From Octopus bimaculoides (Eukaryota): 64,000 bases of DNA. The notes under the pieces are model-generated. The model ran no database searches. It was not told the DNA's origin and was given only the letters and a program-made list of their open reading frames with translations. This document shows positions 62,152 through 64,000 of the stretch, in pieces (within the stretch, counting starts at the first letter, position 1; every line of letters begins with the position of its first letter). The translations under genes and the position numbers were made by a program. The stretch is from the NCBI RefSeq assembly GCF_001194135.2, contig NC_068986.1, positions 90,982,813 to 91,046,812 on the forward strand, given 5' to 3'.

Positions 62152-63574
62152 TGTAGTAAGATAAATATTTACTTATTTTCTTTATGTAGTATGTTCAAGT
62201 TTCATTCTTTCCATTCATTAATTTCACATAAATATTAGTCATAGACCTAATTAATTTCTAATTAATTGTAATTAATTGTAGAGAATTCTTAGTGGATAAA
62301 CTACCTTGATTCAAATTAAGAAGTTTCCTAAGAGTTCTATGAGTATGTAATTACAGCATAAACCATATGAGCTCGCTAATCCAATATCTTTCCCGATAGA
62401 GTAATCTGCAGGTATTTTCACTGCTTCATTAAGACAGGATTGTATATACGTACTCACTTTGCCCCGCTTGTTCATTCCGCTCACTTTCTATTTAATCCCT
62501 TTTGACCACTGTGTATGTGTGTGAGTGTGTGTTGGGTTTCTTTCTATTTCTGTCTCCAAATTTAATATATACATTGTGCAATATTTGCATGACTTCTTTA
62601 TAAACACCATTCTTAGTCAAGGTTTTATTTTCATCATTATGATATTCTTTCTGGCTAATTTGAAGGTGACTTGGCTGTTATTTCTAACAAGTTAAATGAT
62701 CTCATAAAAGCTCTCAAATTTATAAATATATGTGCATATATAAGTAATATTTGCAGCAAATGATGAATGTCAAAATGAAGTTTTTTTTTTAATGATAATT
62801 TTGCCAACATCATTAATGTAACATTTCAGGAAAATATCTTAACAAGGACTTTCACATACATAAATAAAGTGGTAAATGATAAGTTTCAGTGAGTTATTTG
62901 TATTCCCAAAAAGGAATGTTTCCATAGCTTTTTTTAAATTTCACAATTGTTGTATACAAGCAAATATCTAAGTGGAAAATAATATATTTACCATACAAAC
63001 AGCAGAACCCACTGTTTTACTGACTGAAGATTTTTGTAATAAAGCTTACACACCTTAAAAATAATTAGCTTCAAGTAGTAGCAGGAACTACATTCAATGA
63101 ATCAAAATAGGTTTACAGCAGAATTGACTATTTTAGTAAGTCTGTTGCTATTTTCATTACTTTTCCCTTTCTTCTTTTAGTCTCTTACCTTTATCATTTT
63201 CCTTTTGTGACACAGTCTATTGTTGTATTTAAGAGCAAAATGTTCATAGCCATTTATTTATTTATTATTATAATTTTATTTATTTATTTACTTCTTTGGT
63301 GGAATGTGAAGGAAAAATAGATTTTGACCAAAAATAAAACACAAACCTTATTGTTTGCTTAAGTTGAATATGTGAAGTCAATGAATAAATTGAATAAAAT
63401 TGCTGTTATTTCATTTCTCCAACTAAATTATTTGAAAATCAACTTGATTTGAGGCTAGTTTGTGCAGATGAATAAATTATAGATTGTCTGATCAATTACA
63501 TATATACTTTGTATGCAAAATTCTAAATAACAATTGAATCATTAGTTGTTTCATCATTTCTTCATATCTTGCTT

Positions 63575-63840
63575 TTAACCCACACATGCTGCCCATCATG
63601 GTCCTACATTAGTTAAGGTAGATCTTCAGGGAGGCATCCAGTGTCTCCGAGTTGATATATGTACATTGTGTTCAGACAACCAGCTTGAGTATGGCCATGC
63701 ATTGGCACCCATAGCAGCAGGTCACTTATCAGCTATGTCCTGCAAAGCGCAAGCACCTTTCCCTTATAATGTTAGAAACATGGAGATGGGAGATCTCCAT
63801 ACAGATGTTTCTTGGTGGGATGAGTTCTCCAAGATACACT
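63575..63840 (-). mobile_element. Non-LTR LINE RT C-terminus (RTE-like clade)
   Basis: SWRTHPTKKHLYGDLP..IIRERCLRFAGH..SDLLLWVPMHG...YIYQLGDTGCLPEDLP. Confidence 0.8.
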
Positions 63841-63867
63841 TTCCTCATATATATATAAGCACAGGTG

Positions 63868-64000
63868 TGTTAGGCACAAACAGAACTGTGCAGTAAGAAG
63901 TTTACTTCCCAACCACATGGTTTTGGGTTTAGTCCACTGCGTGGCACCTTGGGTGTTTTCAACCAAAGCCCAAGGCCAACCAAAGCCCAGGGCCAACCAA
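63868..64000 (+). mobile_element. Family-B SINE head with a 17-bp internal tandem repeat at 63960-64000, cut by the window end
   Basis: CAACCAAAGCCCAAGGC / CAACCAAAGCCCAGGGC / CAACCAA. Confidence 0.8.

Noticed and set aside
62452-62475. Minus-strand micro-exon MNKRGK with GTGAGT donor
   Set aside because: Six codons plus a donor can arise by chance; no downstream minus-strand exon could be linked to it.
63666-63896. Plus-strand protein-like ORF
   Set aside because: It is the antisense of a LINE RT C-terminus that is recognisable on the minus strand.

Overview
AT-rich eukaryotic genomic DNA. The SINE families and dense microsatellites look like Octopus (coleoid cephalopod) sequence; this is an inference, not a database result. 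Most of the window is intron or intergenic sequence: tRNA-derived SINEs, 3' ends of RTE and CR1-type LINEs, decayed Gypsy fragments, MITEs, simple repeats and five N gaps. One convincing coding exon was found (7895-8211, +). It encodes a hydrophobic hairpin followed by the start of an SMP lipid-transfer domain (extended synaptotagmin/tricalbin family) and looks more like a tricalbin than a canonical animal E-Syt. I could not find its downstream exons. The most striking structure is a ~600-bp fold-back insertion (56912-57518) flanked by a 10-bp direct duplication inside a dead RTE LINE. Each arm carries an intact minimal hammerhead-ribozyme core of the Penelope type, attached to a tRNA-box-like head. 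Other points of interest are SINE tail exchange, a Helentron-like element enclosing a Gypsy fragment, long inverted repeats and a head-to-tail SINE array. Family names come from recalled motifs, and many repeat boundaries are approximate.
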